Assembly (NCBI RefSeq): GCF_006345805.1
Contig: NC_043010.1
Location: 68,138,001 to 68,202,000 of the forward strand
DNA from: Octopus sinensis
Lineage: Eukaryota
Direction: 5' to 3'
Length of the DNA: 64,000 bases
Of the stretch, positions 38,085 through 51,017 are shown one piece after another. The position numbers and the translations under genes are program-made. How positions within the stretch are numbered: the stretch's first letter is position 1; each line of letters opens with the position of its first letter. A model generated the notes under the pieces. That model saw only the letters and a program-made list of their open reading frames with translations, was not told the DNA's origin and ran no database searches.

Positions 38085-38270
38085 CACTAGCATGGCCGGT
38101 GGTGGCGGGGGGTTGGTGGGTGTAAGGGCAGTCTGCCCCGACCAGCTCTTTTAAAGGGGCGGTACTTTTGGGGCTACTGTAGGCAATATGTGTTTTTTTG
38201 TGGGGTATGGGGGGGGGCGCAGCAAACGGAAGGGCCGTCCCGGGTGGCTCACACTCAACGTACGCTAGTG
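38085..38270. mobile_element. hAT-type MITE
   Basis: Ends CACTAGCAT / ACGCTAGTG; 8-bp flanks CATCTAGG and CTTCCAGG (6/8 match). Confidence 0.65.
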
Positions 38271-38509
38271 CTTCCAGGATATGACAGCATGAAGGGAAGA
38301 AGCTTGCTGAAGCAAACAGCTGGTACTCATTTATAGCGGAGTAGACGGGAGAAATGTGAAATGATGCCTCTTACACTTGCACACAACGCGCAACCAGAAC
38401 TAGGAATTGAACACATAACCTTGGGATCACAAGCCGAAGTCTCTATCCACTGATCAAAGCGCCTTTAAAATATAAGTATTGTAACAGATGTAACGGTGCG
38501 TAGCGCAGG

Positions 38510-38722
38510 GATCAATGATTCTTTCCAGGTCGAGCCGTTACTTCTCCGCATTGAGAAGTCACAGCTCCAATACGACGAGCATGTGATTAAAATGCCGCAG
38601 GAGAGAATCGCAGGGCATTCTTGAAGCTGAGCCGACTGGCAGGAGACCTAGGGGAAGTGTCCAAGAATGAGATGATTGGATAATATCCATTGCCCCAGTT
38701 GGTCACGTTTGGAAATCTGGGA
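38510..38722 (+). mobile_element. RTE (Expander/Rex3-like) LINE 3' fragment
   Basis: EPLLLRIEKSQLQYDEHVIKMPQER...SWSRLEIW, similar to EPLLLRIERSQLRWFGHL.RMP.ER. Confidence 0.8.
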
Positions 38723-39378
38723 ACTGTGGTGGCCAGATAAGATGTTCAACTTCACTAGAATGTTCCGCGTGCCATTCAGTAACAACTTTAGCTGTGTGAA
38801 TTGGTGCATTATCATCCTGAAAGATTGTGTTTCCCTCGGGAAACAGTTTCGCAACCATAGGATGAATTTGATCAGATAAAATGCTTAAATAGTCTTGACC
38901 ATTAATTCTACCATGAAGGGAAACCATTAATCCGGCGGATTTCTAAGATATAGCCCCGCCCCAGATCATCACGGATCTTCCTCCATGTTTAACAGTTGGA
39001 AGAAAGCAGTCTGGGTTAAATGCATCTTTTGGCTGTCTCCACACGTATACTCGGCTGGTGTTCGGAAATAAGGTAAAGGATCATTCTGAAAGATTGTGCT
39101 TCCCTCGGGAAACAGTTCCGCAACCATAGGATGAATTTGATCAGATAAAATGCTTAAATAGTCTTGACTATTAATTCTGCCATGAAGGGAAACCATTGGG
39201 CCGGCGGATTTCCATGATATAGCCTCCCAGATCATCGCGGATCTTCCTCCGTGTTTAACAGTTGGAAGAAAACAGTCTGGGTCAAATGCATCTTTTGGCT
39301 GTCTCCACAAGTATACTCGGTCGGTGGTCGGAAATAAGGTAAAGGATGACTCGTCCGAGAAAATAACATTCTTCTACT
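38712..39378 (-). mobile_element. Tc1-family transposase remnant with internal 269-bp tandem duplication
   Basis: KNVIFSDESSF (D1), PTVKHGG, FQDDNAPIH (D2), WPPQFPD; third catalytic residue missing (truncated). Confidence 0.92.
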
Positions 39379-40149
39379 GCGGAGACTGTAATAATAGTTA
39401 CTTCTGATGGGAGCTTATAAAGGCGGTGTTTGAGGCCTCAACCCGGACAACCTTTCCAGGAATAGTGTGCGGATAAGATGGAGGAATGAAAGGAAAATCA
39501 CGACTTCTCTAAACATAGCAACTCCTTGACAGTTTTCTCCCCTTGTGAGCATATAACCACCTGAAGAGAGCGCTACCACCCAGGTTAAGAACCAATCATA
39601 TCTGTGTACCCGATGTCTTGTTTATGTGCAAGAAAACATTATTTCTGCGTTTATTTCTTTCAACCAGAACCAGATCTTGGCGCTGATTTCTATAAAGTGA
39701 GACGTTCGGTTTGCGTCGAAGACTTTCAGTGTTTTGTAAGGTATATTCGGTTGCACCATCAACGCTTGCACACTCGACTGCATCCCAAACCAGTTGCTGC
39801 ACACACACTAAAATTTATCAAATATTCCATTGGCGTCTCTCGTCTGCGTCCTTCGTGTTTATGTGGTACATTCCTTCAGCTGTCTAACATAATAAAATGT
39901 CTTCTTTCTGCCTTCTCACAAATGCTATTAATAAGTATTTGCTTTCGGCAAATACTTTCTAGAGTATTCTTGTTCTGCTTCGTTCCCTTTCGTAACCATT
40001 CGTTACATTCCGCAAATTTCGTTTTCTGTTTTTATTTTATTCTTTAAGTGCTCAGATGCGTTCCATTTATTCATTTCCAGTGTTTTTTGTTGAATTTGTC
40101 CGTTTGAGACCGCATCAGATTCACCTAGATTGGTAAGATCGGTGTAGAT

Positions 40150-40343
40150 CAGTGCTCCGCAACCCCCTTTTTTCTTTTTACTTGCGGTACACTAATATTA
40201 TTTTCAAAATTCGGTGACACACCTGAAGTAAAAATATAGCTAAAAGTATTGGGGAAAAAAATTATATTCAGGTTACACTGCGGCACACCTAGCATTGTCT
40301 CGTGGCACACCAGTGTGCCCCGGCATACCTGTGGCGTGCACTG
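40150..40343. mobile_element. hAT-Charlie-like MITE
   Basis: CAGTG...CACTG ends; 8-bp TSD GTGTAGAT / CTGTAGAT. Confidence 0.8.
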
Positions 40344-40382
40344 CTGTAGATTCAACTTTTGAAGGTTGGCTGCATCTGAAGA

Positions 40383-40502
40383 AATAGATAGATTAGATCG
40401 ATAGACAGATAGATAGACAGATAGATAGATTGATAGATAGATAGATAAGTAGTTAAATAAGTAGATAGATAGATAGCTAGATAGACAGGCAGGTAGACAG
40501 AC

Positions 40503-40567
<65 letters not shown>
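40383..40567. repeat. (TAGA)n microsatellite abutting the Tx1 3' end
   Basis: Directly visible. Confidence 0.95.
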
Positions 40568-41655
40568 TGTTTCTTTATTAGCCACACATGGCTGAACACA
40601 GACGGGACAAATTTCAAAGTAAAGCTTTTCTTTTTTTTGGGGGAAAAAAGTGGGGTAGGTTTTCTATCAAAAGGGATCATAAAAAGGAAAAAAAAACGAT
40701 CAATAGGGATCGTGTATCACAGAAATGTCACGATGTAAAGTGTAAAGGGGAAAACAGATAAGGTTTATCCGTGGAAAGAAAGACCTACGAATAAGACCAC
40801 GGTAACCTTGGTCAATAACGTCACATGTTAACACATTTATTTGCAAGTAAGTAACTCTCTGTTTCAAATTTTCCGGGTTCAAAGGATCATGCTCAAGGTG
40901 GCTTCGTCATTCATACGTGCCATCCTTGCTACATTCACCCATCTTTTTTTTTTTTGAAACATTCGCTAGACAAAACTTGCCTCTCTACTCTCACTTTCCT
41001 TTTCAAGTGATACTTGAAGAAGTTGATGAGAGATTGACCAGGGAGGAACGTGTTTGTCTCTAATACTTTCAAACGCGTCCACCAGATACATTCTTTTGCT
41101 ATAGCCACAAGGATGATGAAAATAGCTCTTCCTTCCCGTTTGAAGGAAGGAGGCGTGACGATATTAACGATAGACTCGGCTGATAAACGGACTCGTCCCA
41201 CACGTGACAGCAGTCGTTCGACATAAGTCGGAAATGGTTGAACATTGCACGAGTGCGTGCAGAACGGTTTCGTCGCTCTGACCGCATCTCGGGCAGGTCG
41301 GCACCCTGTTTCTCGAGCCGTATCTGTAGAGCTTATCCCGAACGGGTAGCGCTTCTCGGTAGCACTACCAGGCCAGGGATCTCTGGAAGTTGTCCATAAG
41401 TCTCGGCCCGATGTTGTCTTGAACAGGCAGGTCAGGTATTCCTCGTCGCCCCGTTCGCTCCGAGTTCGTCGTCGTACCTCCCCTCCACTAATCCCCTATA
41501 GAAAGCCTTGGTTGTGATGCAGTCGCTCAAGGTCGACCTGGGACGGCAGAAGTGCTGGAGAGCAAAGCGACACTCGCGGTGCCATTCATCCTTCCTCGAC
41601 CTCTTCTTGATCCACAACTGCAGCTCAGTCATGGAGACGAGCTGCGGCTCAATAA
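40565..41655 (-). mobile_element. 5'-truncated Tx1/L1-clade LINE (ORF2 C-terminus plus 3'UTR)
   Basis: LPVRDKLYRYG...CPRCGQSDETVLHALVQC (C-x2-C-x8-H-x4-C at 41242-41295), AKECIWWTR, AATAAA before the tail; frameshifts present. Confidence 0.85.
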
Positions 41656-41995
41656 GTTTATCTCCCGAAATAGTTCAATATCCATCCTGCTTCATCCCAT
41701 GATTTCAACATAACCCTGACTCATGTGATTGTCGGTTGCAAGGCCATGCCGAGGTGTCAGCCGTGATTTTGTTCGTGGGCTGTTTATTCCCGTATACACA
41801 GCTGATATCGATTTACATGCTAGCTAACTCATAGCTGGGACCCTGCCAGATGCTGCTATTCCGGGTCAAAGAAGGCTCGGAACACTAATGGGTAAGAGGT
41901 AATTCCACTCTCCTCAAAACCCTGGAATCCCCGAACCAGGGCCCCATTATCGGACGCAGTTTGAAGTTATACTCAGAACCTCCTGCATGGAATTC
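41646..41995 (+). repeat. Unclassified repeat family F copy
   Basis: Starts GGCTCAATAAGTT, as the 29405 copy does on the minus strand. Confidence 0.65.
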
Positions 41996-42424
41996 CACAA
42001 AATAACCGAGAAAACTGTAATAGATATAGAAGTTTTAGATAGGCGTAGGAGTGGCTGTGTGGTAAGAAGTTTGCTTCCCAACAACATGGTTTGGTGTTCA
42101 GTACCACTGCGTGGTACCTTGGCCAAGTGTTTTCTACAATAACCTTGAGTCAAGCAAAACCTTGTGAGAGGAACAAGCTTGCTATTCTTAAGAAGGGCCC
42201 GACTTGACATCATCCGGGTGTTTGACCAAGGCGAGAAGTCTAGTCAGGCTGGAAGACTAATAATGAATTGAAGTAAGAGGCTTGGTGTCTCATTTGTGTT
42301 GCTTTATTGTATTTACTGTGTTTTGACTTATGTAAGAGGTTTACTACCTCACGATGGCTTTCTTGTAAGAGGTTAATTGCCTCCTTGATGTTTTGTGATG
42401 TAAGAGGTTTGCTGCCTCAATATG

Positions 42425-42750
42425 TATGTTATTTCCTTACTGCCCACAAGAGGCTAAACACAGAGAGGACAAACAAGGACAGACAAAGGGATTAAGTCGA
42501 TTACATCGACCCCAGTGCTTAATACCTATTTCTTTACTGTCCACAAGGGGTTACACACAGAGGGGACAAACAAGGACAGACAATTCGATTATATCGACCC
42601 CAGTGCGTAACTGGTACTTATTTAATCGACCCCGAAAGGACGAAAGGCAAAGTCGTGCTCGGCGGAATTTGAACTCAGAAGTTAACGGCAGTCGAAATAC
42701 CACTAAGCATTTCGCCCTGCGTGCTAACGTTTCTGCCAGCTCGCCGCCTT
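42425..42750 (-). mobile_element. SINE family B with duplicated B1 tail
   Basis: Head at 42750; tail AAAGAAATAGGTATT then a second core/tail segment. Confidence 0.85.
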
Positions 42751-43544
42751 AACCAGCAACAATATGTATGTATAAAGAACAACGTGCTCGGGTAAACAGC
42801 AATCGGCGGGCGTAGCTGTTGTCCTCAGTATTATCATATTGTCGATCATTTCATTTCATTATGTTCGTGTCCAGCCCGCAGCTTCCTTTCTTTGTAAGGG
42901 GCCCTTGTGGCCAATTGAATGAATACAAGAAGCTTGTAGTGTCCCCTCTATGTTATGCCTTTATGGCAAAATATTGAAATAAAGAAGCTTGTTTCCTAAC
43001 CACATGGTTCCGGGTTCAGTCCTACTGTGTGGCACCTTGGGCAAGTGTTTTCTCCGACCAAAGCCTTTTTGAGTGGATTTGATAAACGGACTGAAACAAG
43101 TAAAAGAGTAAAAGTACACGAGGAATAAACAATGCCATGTGCGCAATGAGGAGTTGACCGTTAAAGAATCTGAAATTCAAAGATGATAATCGTTTTGTCA
43201 GCTGCAGAAAAAAGTATAAAAGATACAACAACATGGAAGTATATATGCAGAGATAAATTCATGCATTTCTGCGTTTGGTGCAGACTTGTAAATACAGATT
43301 AAAAAAAAAATATGAGAAAGAGCAGAGAATATGGAATATCTAAAATGGCGGACCAAAGAGAGAGAGAGGGAGAGGGAGGAGTAGGAGGAAAGAGACGGCG
43401 GCGGCATGTAATTTTGGCTAAAGCTCAACGCAGTCCAATGTCTGTTTATTTAGACGGCTCCGTCTTCTTGCCAAATAACCGTCTATAAAGCGGGACTGCC
43501 TGTAGAGTTTACACAGACAGACTTTAGAGCCCCACCTCCACGTA

Positions 43545-43596
<52 letters not shown>

Positions 43597-43639
43597 CTCC
43601 CTTCTCGCTCACTTTCTCCCGCTTCTCTTTCTCTCCATT

Positions 43640-44345
43640 TATGTATATTGTGAGTGTGTGTGTGTGTGTATTTGTGTGTGTGTGCATTTGTGTGTGTGTG
43701 TATTTGTGTGTGTGTGTGTGTGTGCATCGTGTGTGTGTATTTGTGTGTGTGTGTATTTGTGTATGTGTATTTGTGTGTGTGTGTGTGTGTATTTGTGTGT
43801 GTGTATTTGTGTGTGTGTGCATTCGTGTGTGTGTATTTGTGTGTGTCTGTATTTGTGTGTGTGTATTTGTGTGTGTGTATTTATGTGTGTATTTGTGTGT
43901 GTCTGTATTTGTGTGTGTGTGTATTTGTGTGTGTGTATTTGTGTGTGTGTGTATTGTGTGTGTGTATTTGTGTGTGTGTATTTGTGTGTGTGTGTATTTG
44001 TGTGTGTGTGTGTGTATTTGTGTGTGTGTATTTGTGTGTGTATTTCTGTGTGTCTGTATTTGTGTGCGTGTGTATTTGTGTGTGTGTATTTGTGTGTGTG
44101 TATTTGTGTGTGTGTATTTATGTGTGTGTGTGTGTGTGTATTTGTGTGTGTCTGTATTTGTGTGTGTGCATTTGTGTGTGTGTGTATTTGTGTGTGTGTG
44201 TATTTGTGTGTGTCTGTATTTGTGTGTATTTGTGTGTGTGTATTTGTGTGTGTGTATTTATGTGTGTGTGTGTGTATTTGTGTGTGTGTGTATTTGTGTG
44301 TGTGTGTATTTATGTGTCTGTGTGTGTGTATATATAGATAGATAT
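43640..44345. repeat. About 700-bp cryptic minisatellite of (GT)n punctuated by ATTT
   Basis: Recurring GTGTGTGTATTT units. Confidence 0.95.
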
Positions 44346-44579
44346 ATGTGTGTATCTGTGTGTGTATGTTCACATACACACATACACACACACAAGGACA
44401 CTGTTGCTTATATACTCATACAGATACACACTGTTTGTTTCACTAACATACAAAAGAGTTTGTGGTCATGTGTGTATATATGTATGCATTTATATATGTA
44501 TGTCAGTATATGTATACACACACACACACACGCATACACCACATTATACACACATGCATTATATATATATATATGTATA

Positions 44580-44620
<41 letters not shown>

Positions 44621-44989
44621 TGTATATATGTATGTCCATATATACGAACATACGTATACATATACACACTCGCACTACATACATACATACATACATACAT
44701 ACATACATACATACATACATAAACACACACACACACACACACTTATATACGCATTTATATGTAGAAAACATTCTCACATATAACTACAAATAACATGCGA
44801 ACACATCTCCAAAAGACACACACTCACACACACACACACATAGACACATACACATAGACACACACACACACACAACCTATATAGGTGCACAACCGAGCGT
44901 TGATTGTGCAGCTAGAATCTCCATCTAACATCAAACTCTGCTAAACACATCCGCGTACGCACACACACACATACACATAATACCACTTA

Positions 44990-45024
<35 letters not shown>

Positions 45025-45201
45025 CGCGCATACATACTCCTTCCTTCTCTCTCTTTGTCTCTCTCCTTCTCCATCTCCCCTCCTTAAATCCAATAAAACT
45101 CAAATTCTGGAAGATTAAATTAGACACATAAATATTTGTCTAATTTGATAGAAATACACGTTCACGTTTTTGTTTGGATACACTTTTACATGGCTGCCTA
45201 T

Positions 45202-45278
<77 letters not shown>

Positions 45279-45312
45279 GCATAAATATATGTACATATGT
45301 ATACAGTTATAC

Positions 45313-45363
<51 letters not shown>

Positions 45364-45468
45364 TATCTACATATATACATACATGCATACATATATATAG
45401 ATTTATGTATATATTATATGTGTGTGTGTGTTTATGTATATAAAATAAATCTATCTATCTATCTATAT

Positions 45469-45502
<34 letters not shown>

Positions 45503-46603
45503 CTGTCTGGCTATCTATCTATACATGCACATATGTATATATATATGTCTACATGTATACAGTCATGTTCCTATCTATCTATCTATTTGCCTATCTGTCT
45601 GTCTATCTGCCTGTCTGTCTACCTCTCTCTCTAATTATCTCACGAGTGGTACCGGTATCATGGAGTCCAAGACAACCTATTGCACGTCCGTGCCGTTGGC
45701 GACTAAACCGACAGCCTTACCAGGCCGAGGTGGCTTGCTAAAAATCCCCAGCAGGACTAAAAACAAAACTTGTCGAAAAAGGATAGATGACCCCAATGTA
45801 GGTTCAGCGATTATCTAGCAATAGCACGGGCCCTCCGAAATTCCAGGCTGGTGTCCGGTTTGCTGGAAGAGCACAGGGAGTAAGGCCCCTAGTCAGCTTT
45901 TGTTACAACATGTCTCTAGGAGAAGGTCGCGCCGATATAAAATTGAATATGCAGGGTGTAGCATTCGATATTTTAGGTGCTTCCACGTTTTTGAGCCTGC
46001 GACCGATATTTGTACGAGATGTTTTGCTCTGGCTTGTCTCTGGGCCAAGTCCATAGGGTGCAGAGCGTCTATGAGAGGCTGTGCCAGCCTTATTGAACGT
46101 GAAATTTTTCAGAGCCATTGTTTTATCACTGACAGTCGTACTTGTCTACGAGCTGACAACCATCATGCATGCATACGTGCGCACATGCATGCATGATGTA
46201 TGTATGTTGTATGTATGTATGTATGTTGTATGTATGTATGTTGTATGTATCTTTTTATTGCTTATCTCTCTTTTTGGTCACTCAACTGCGGCCATGCTGG
46301 GGTACAGTCTTGAAGGGTTTAGTAGAACAAATTGACCCTAGTACTTATATTTTTAAAGTTATATATATATATATATATATAAGACCGGTGATTGTCGTGC
46401 GATGACAACGGGTAAATACCGAGAAACTTGGGTCCGTGTGTATCACGTCAGGTCGACGATGGGAAGGATGGCTTCCCTTTGCAAATACTGATAGGACACA
46501 GAAAGTGTGTCAATAGCCAGCTGGAGAAGATGTTCTCTTGGGAGCTACAAGCTACAGTAGCATCCTCCCTTAGTGGTTAGCCACATTTAAGAGGCAAATA
46601 TAC

Positions 46604-46647
<44 letters not shown>

Positions 46648-47072
46648 TAAAATAAATATTTTATTTGCTAAAAAGAAAGTCTGAATCCATTGGTCCAGGA
46701 GTTAGATGGTAAATGTTTATATTTTTCATTCCCTTCGATATTTTATCTCTAATAGTGGTTCGCAATCTAACTGTCCTCTCTAGCATGCAAGTAGTCCTAT
46801 GATGGCTACCTCTTATGTGTTTAAATGTACACTGTATTGATATGAATAATATATAGTCTATTGACTAAATTTTTCACGCTAGGCCACTGGTAATGGAAAT
46901 TTCAAATATTTCTGATTACCCTTTGATATTATTATTAATATATATATATAGAAATTCAGGGTGAGTACTTGATAATTGTAAGCACCTGTATATACCGTAC
47001 GCGAATGAGAGGATTTGCATCCCCAACGTAGAATTTTTGATGTAATACATGTCCTTGAGGTAGTAATTGTGT

Positions 47073-47150
47073 GCGGCTGAAGAAGGCCATAGACACACAT
47101 TATGCATTGTTATAAATCCGTCTAATAAAGGCCCGAAACATATGTACCGC
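47073..47150 (+). ncRNA. Candidate type-I hammerhead ribozyme (Penelope-like, possibly degenerate)
   Basis: GCGG-CTGAAGA-AGGCC...GGCCC-GAAA-C-ATAT-GTA-CCGC; palindromic helix III (ACATATGT); 4-bp helix I. Confidence 0.45.
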
Positions 47151-48320
47151 TGAATCCTTGGCATCATGTTTTTATTTTGATTAATTTATATATATATATA
47201 TACATATATATCTCACGGTTTTGACTAGATTATTGGATGCTGTTATATATCGCTGGTCACAATGCATTTTGCATTGTTTTGGCTTTCGAATGATGTCACA
47301 TCGCTAGCTAGGGAAGCAGGGCAACATTCGCCCTGATTGAGAGGTTCATCCGTCGCAGGGTTAATCATTTACAGCTGAGTGGACTGGGGCAATGTGAAAT
47401 GAAGTGTCTTGCTGAAGAATACAATGCACCTCCCGGTCTGAGAATTGAACCTACGATCTGGCTATCGCGAGTACAAAACCCTGACCACTAGGCTACGCGC
47501 CTTCACGTGCGCGCGCACACAAACACATACACCACACATACGCATGTATGTATATATACATATATATGTGTATATAATTAGTCGTTCTTCATTGGTACTG
47601 TATTACTTCGACCCCAGAAAAATGAAAAATATATTCATCCAAGGTATGATTTGATCCCAGAATCTAAGAGATAACTACATAAGGTAATTCGATCGCCTTT
47701 TGGATTAATTAATCAATTATTTCTAGCGTAGACCCAATGTCACTTATACTCGTGGGAAGGACGGTTTTAGACAAATATATCGATGACCCCCCCACCCCTA
47801 GTATTGACTGATGCATTATTATAGCGACCCCGAAAGAATGAAATGTAAGATCGGCCCCGACGGGATTTGAACTCACACTACTTTAAGTGCGTTATTGTTA
47901 CCGCTAGCACATTTTAAATATCAGCTTTCTTGTATTGAATTAGAACAGAAGCACAACACGATATATCGAACAATTAGTAACCCGTGAATATACCATGAAA
48001 AAGTACACATACACGCGGAATATGTATTCAGTAACTATACACTTTAAAGAAAAATTTCTCAAAATTCCCTGATGACCACGAAGCTTGAAACGCAATGTAG
48101 GCTCATAAGAGAACATAAAGTAAAATATTGAAAAACGAGAAATCAAAAACAAAACGCTACTGGTTTTATAAAGCAATTGTTAACCTAAGTGCTGTGAAAT
48201 ACTTTTTAAACTCATTGTGAAATCTAATCGTAAGAACGATGATAAATTAATAGCTGTAGGTAGCGGACAGCTAAACCCTTCAAGAAATAATTGAATCAGA
48301 TTTTTAATAGTTAAACAATT

Positions 48321-48753
48321 AATAGTAATATTAAATAGTTAATAGTAATATTAAATAGTTTATAGTAATATTAAATAGTTAATAGTAATATTAAATAGTT
48401 AATAGTAATATTAAATAGTTAATTATATTTATATTTATTTATATTTACTTATACATATTGTACTTATTGTATCATATTACTCATTGATGTGCATTGTTTT
48501 GTTCTGTACTATTATGTTTGACCTTGATGTTCATATGTAGTGGGTTAATAAATTATGTGATTGGGTATTATCTGGTAGTTGATTATTGATTAAGGTGTAT
48601 TTCTCCATTTTCTTATTTTGTATAATAGTAATATTAAATAGTTTATAGTAATGTTAAACAGTTAATAGTAATATTAAATAGTTTATAGTAATATTAAATA
48701 GTTAATAGTGATATTAAATAGTTAATAGTGATATTAAATAGTTAATAGTAATA
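48321..48753. repeat. 20-bp AT-rich minisatellite (AATAGTAATATTAAATAGTT), 5 + 6.5 units split by about 200 bp of unrelated sequence
   Basis: Units 48321-48420 and 48624-48753. Confidence 0.9.
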
Positions 48754-49679
48754 AACTAAATTAAATACAGAAGTAGTTACCGTATGTATATTCCTAATTA
48801 CAAGGCCACCCATTAATTAATTATAAAGTTTCCTCTTTCTTATTTCTCGTTTCCGTAATCCAGCGGTTCTCAACCGTTATTTACCCGTGGGTCCTCTTGG
48901 ATTCCTATCTTATTCGAATGCTCCCTCATAGCCACTAGATGTTTAAAGGACCCTATTTATATAAGTGCACACGTGGCTGTGTCGTAAGACGTTTGCTTCC
49001 CAACCACATGGTTCCGGGTTCAGTCCCGCTGCGTGGCACCTTGGCAAAGTTTATTCTTTCTGTGCGGCCCGGTACCAAATGATTTGCGGGCCCAGTGGTG
49101 GTGCCCCCTGTTATAAAGGCTCACGGACACTGCTTTCTCTTTTGGCTACAAGATGAAACAAAAAAGACCTTTTTAGTTACTTTATATTGATTGTGCGCAG
49201 ATAAACCGAAAATAATTGTGGAGGGGTCACCTTAAGATAACCTGAAAGAGTGAGCATGCGCGTGCGTATGGGTTCTCTGTGTGTATGCGTGTGTAAGTGT
49301 GTGTGCATATGTGTGTGTGTTTGTATGTTTGTGTGTGTGTATGTATATGGTCGAGTGGTCAAGAAGATGGCTTCGTAATCACGAGGAGCCGGGGTTCGCT
49401 CTCACAGCGCGTAATCGTGGGCACGTCTTTTACTATAGACTCTCGTGGGTGTGGGGGTGAAACTGACTTATCTGTAAAATGCGGGTAGACTTTCACTGTC
49501 GGGTGTGAATTCAAAGGTCCAACCTTGTCACACGTTGTATTAGGATAGAAGTCTGCAAAAGAATTACGTTAGAAATACGAAGGTTTTTATGTAATTTTCG
49601 GTAAATATATCTCTTAAAAGGAGATGTCAGTGTTATTTCCATTTTTGCGTAATTTAGACGACAATTTATTCACCGCACC

Positions 49680-49690
49680 CTGTATATATA

Positions 49691-49770
<80 letters not shown>

Positions 49771-49775
49771 CATAC

Positions 49776-49817
<42 letters not shown>

Positions 49818-49832
49818 GTTTGTATATATCTT

Positions 49833-49884
<52 letters not shown>

Positions 49885-50008
49885 GAAATGTATATATGTC
49901 TGAGTGTGTATATACATATATACATTCATGTAAATATATATATTTTTATATATATATATATATATATACATATAACATTCATGTATATATATATGCATAT
50001 ATACATTC

Positions 50009-50058
<50 letters not shown>

Positions 50059-50150
50059 GTATATGTATGTGTGTATGTATGTGCAAACATGTGTACATAT
50101 GTGTATATAAGTTTATATGCATGTGTATGTATATATGTATATATATAATT
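49680..50150. repeat. Long (TA)n-rich low-complexity tract
   Basis: Directly visible. Confidence 0.95.
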
Positions 50151-50297
50151 ATTTTATTTCGTATATTTTTCACTTGTTTATTGCTATGGTTTTGTGCTGA
50201 GTTTGATCTGAGAACATAATCTTTTGTGGTGAATGGCGATTTGACGTCTATATCTAGCATGTTGACTGTCCACTTTTCGTGTTCAGTCCTTAATTGG

Positions 50298-50360
<63 letters not shown>

Positions 50361-50594
50361 ATGTATTTATGCATGCAGCTATGTATGTACATAGTGAACA
50401 GGAACACTTCAACACGGGTTGGAATAAATAAAGATATAAGTTAACCTTCCTAGACAGTGTTTATAGTAAACACATTATTTTTTTCTTTCTTTCTTGTACT
50501 TTTCGCAGCGAGTCTAAGAATCTGTTTACTAAAAACCGCATGCTCCTAAGTTCGACTTGCACACACGCACACACGCACACACACACACACACAC

Positions 50595-50640
<46 letters not shown>

Positions 50641-50710
50641 GCACGCACGCACGCACGCACGCATATAATCATACATCCACTTGCATAAGTAACAATGTAT
50701 GGTACATATA

Positions 50711-50975
50711 TAGAGGCTGTTCAAAAAGTCTCTCCGCAGTAAGTGTTCTATTGCGAAATATATGTTTCTGACATGGTGTAGGACTACAAAAGAATATATT
50801 AGCCTTTACAAGACTTTAATAAACTTTGTAAGAGGTGTCGAAAGTGTCGTCCTTCATTTTCCAATACAGAAGTTGACTCTTCTACACATGTTTTGAAATA
50901 CTTCTTGGAGAGTCTGACTCTTGAAGAGTGAGGATGAAAACAAATTCAATGCGGAGAGACTTTTTGAACACCCTA
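50711..50975. mobile_element. Mariner-type MITE
   Basis: TA flanks; TIR TAG(A)GG(C)TGTTCAAAAAGTCTCTCCGCA at both ends. Confidence 0.85.
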
Positions 50976-50976
50976 T

Positions 50977-51017
<41 letters not shown>

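Noticed and set aside
39380-40100. Minus-strand ORF ...VECASVDGATEYTLQ... as a possible exon or transposase
   Set aside because: No motif recognised with confidence and no flanking splice structure
43639-44793. Long ORFs (up to 380 aa) of VC/HT/YI repeats; similar ORFs at 23468-24552 and 49614-50444
   Set aside because: Translations of dinucleotide microsatellites with no coding signal
45640-46150. GC-richer segment with short ORFs on both strands
   Set aside because: Resembles a LINE 5' region but no protein motif was recognised; left unannotated
48061-48105. CTGATGA...GAAAC-GCAAT-GTA hammerhead-like string
   Set aside because: Helix II does not pair and helix I is only 2 bp; at best a decayed relic
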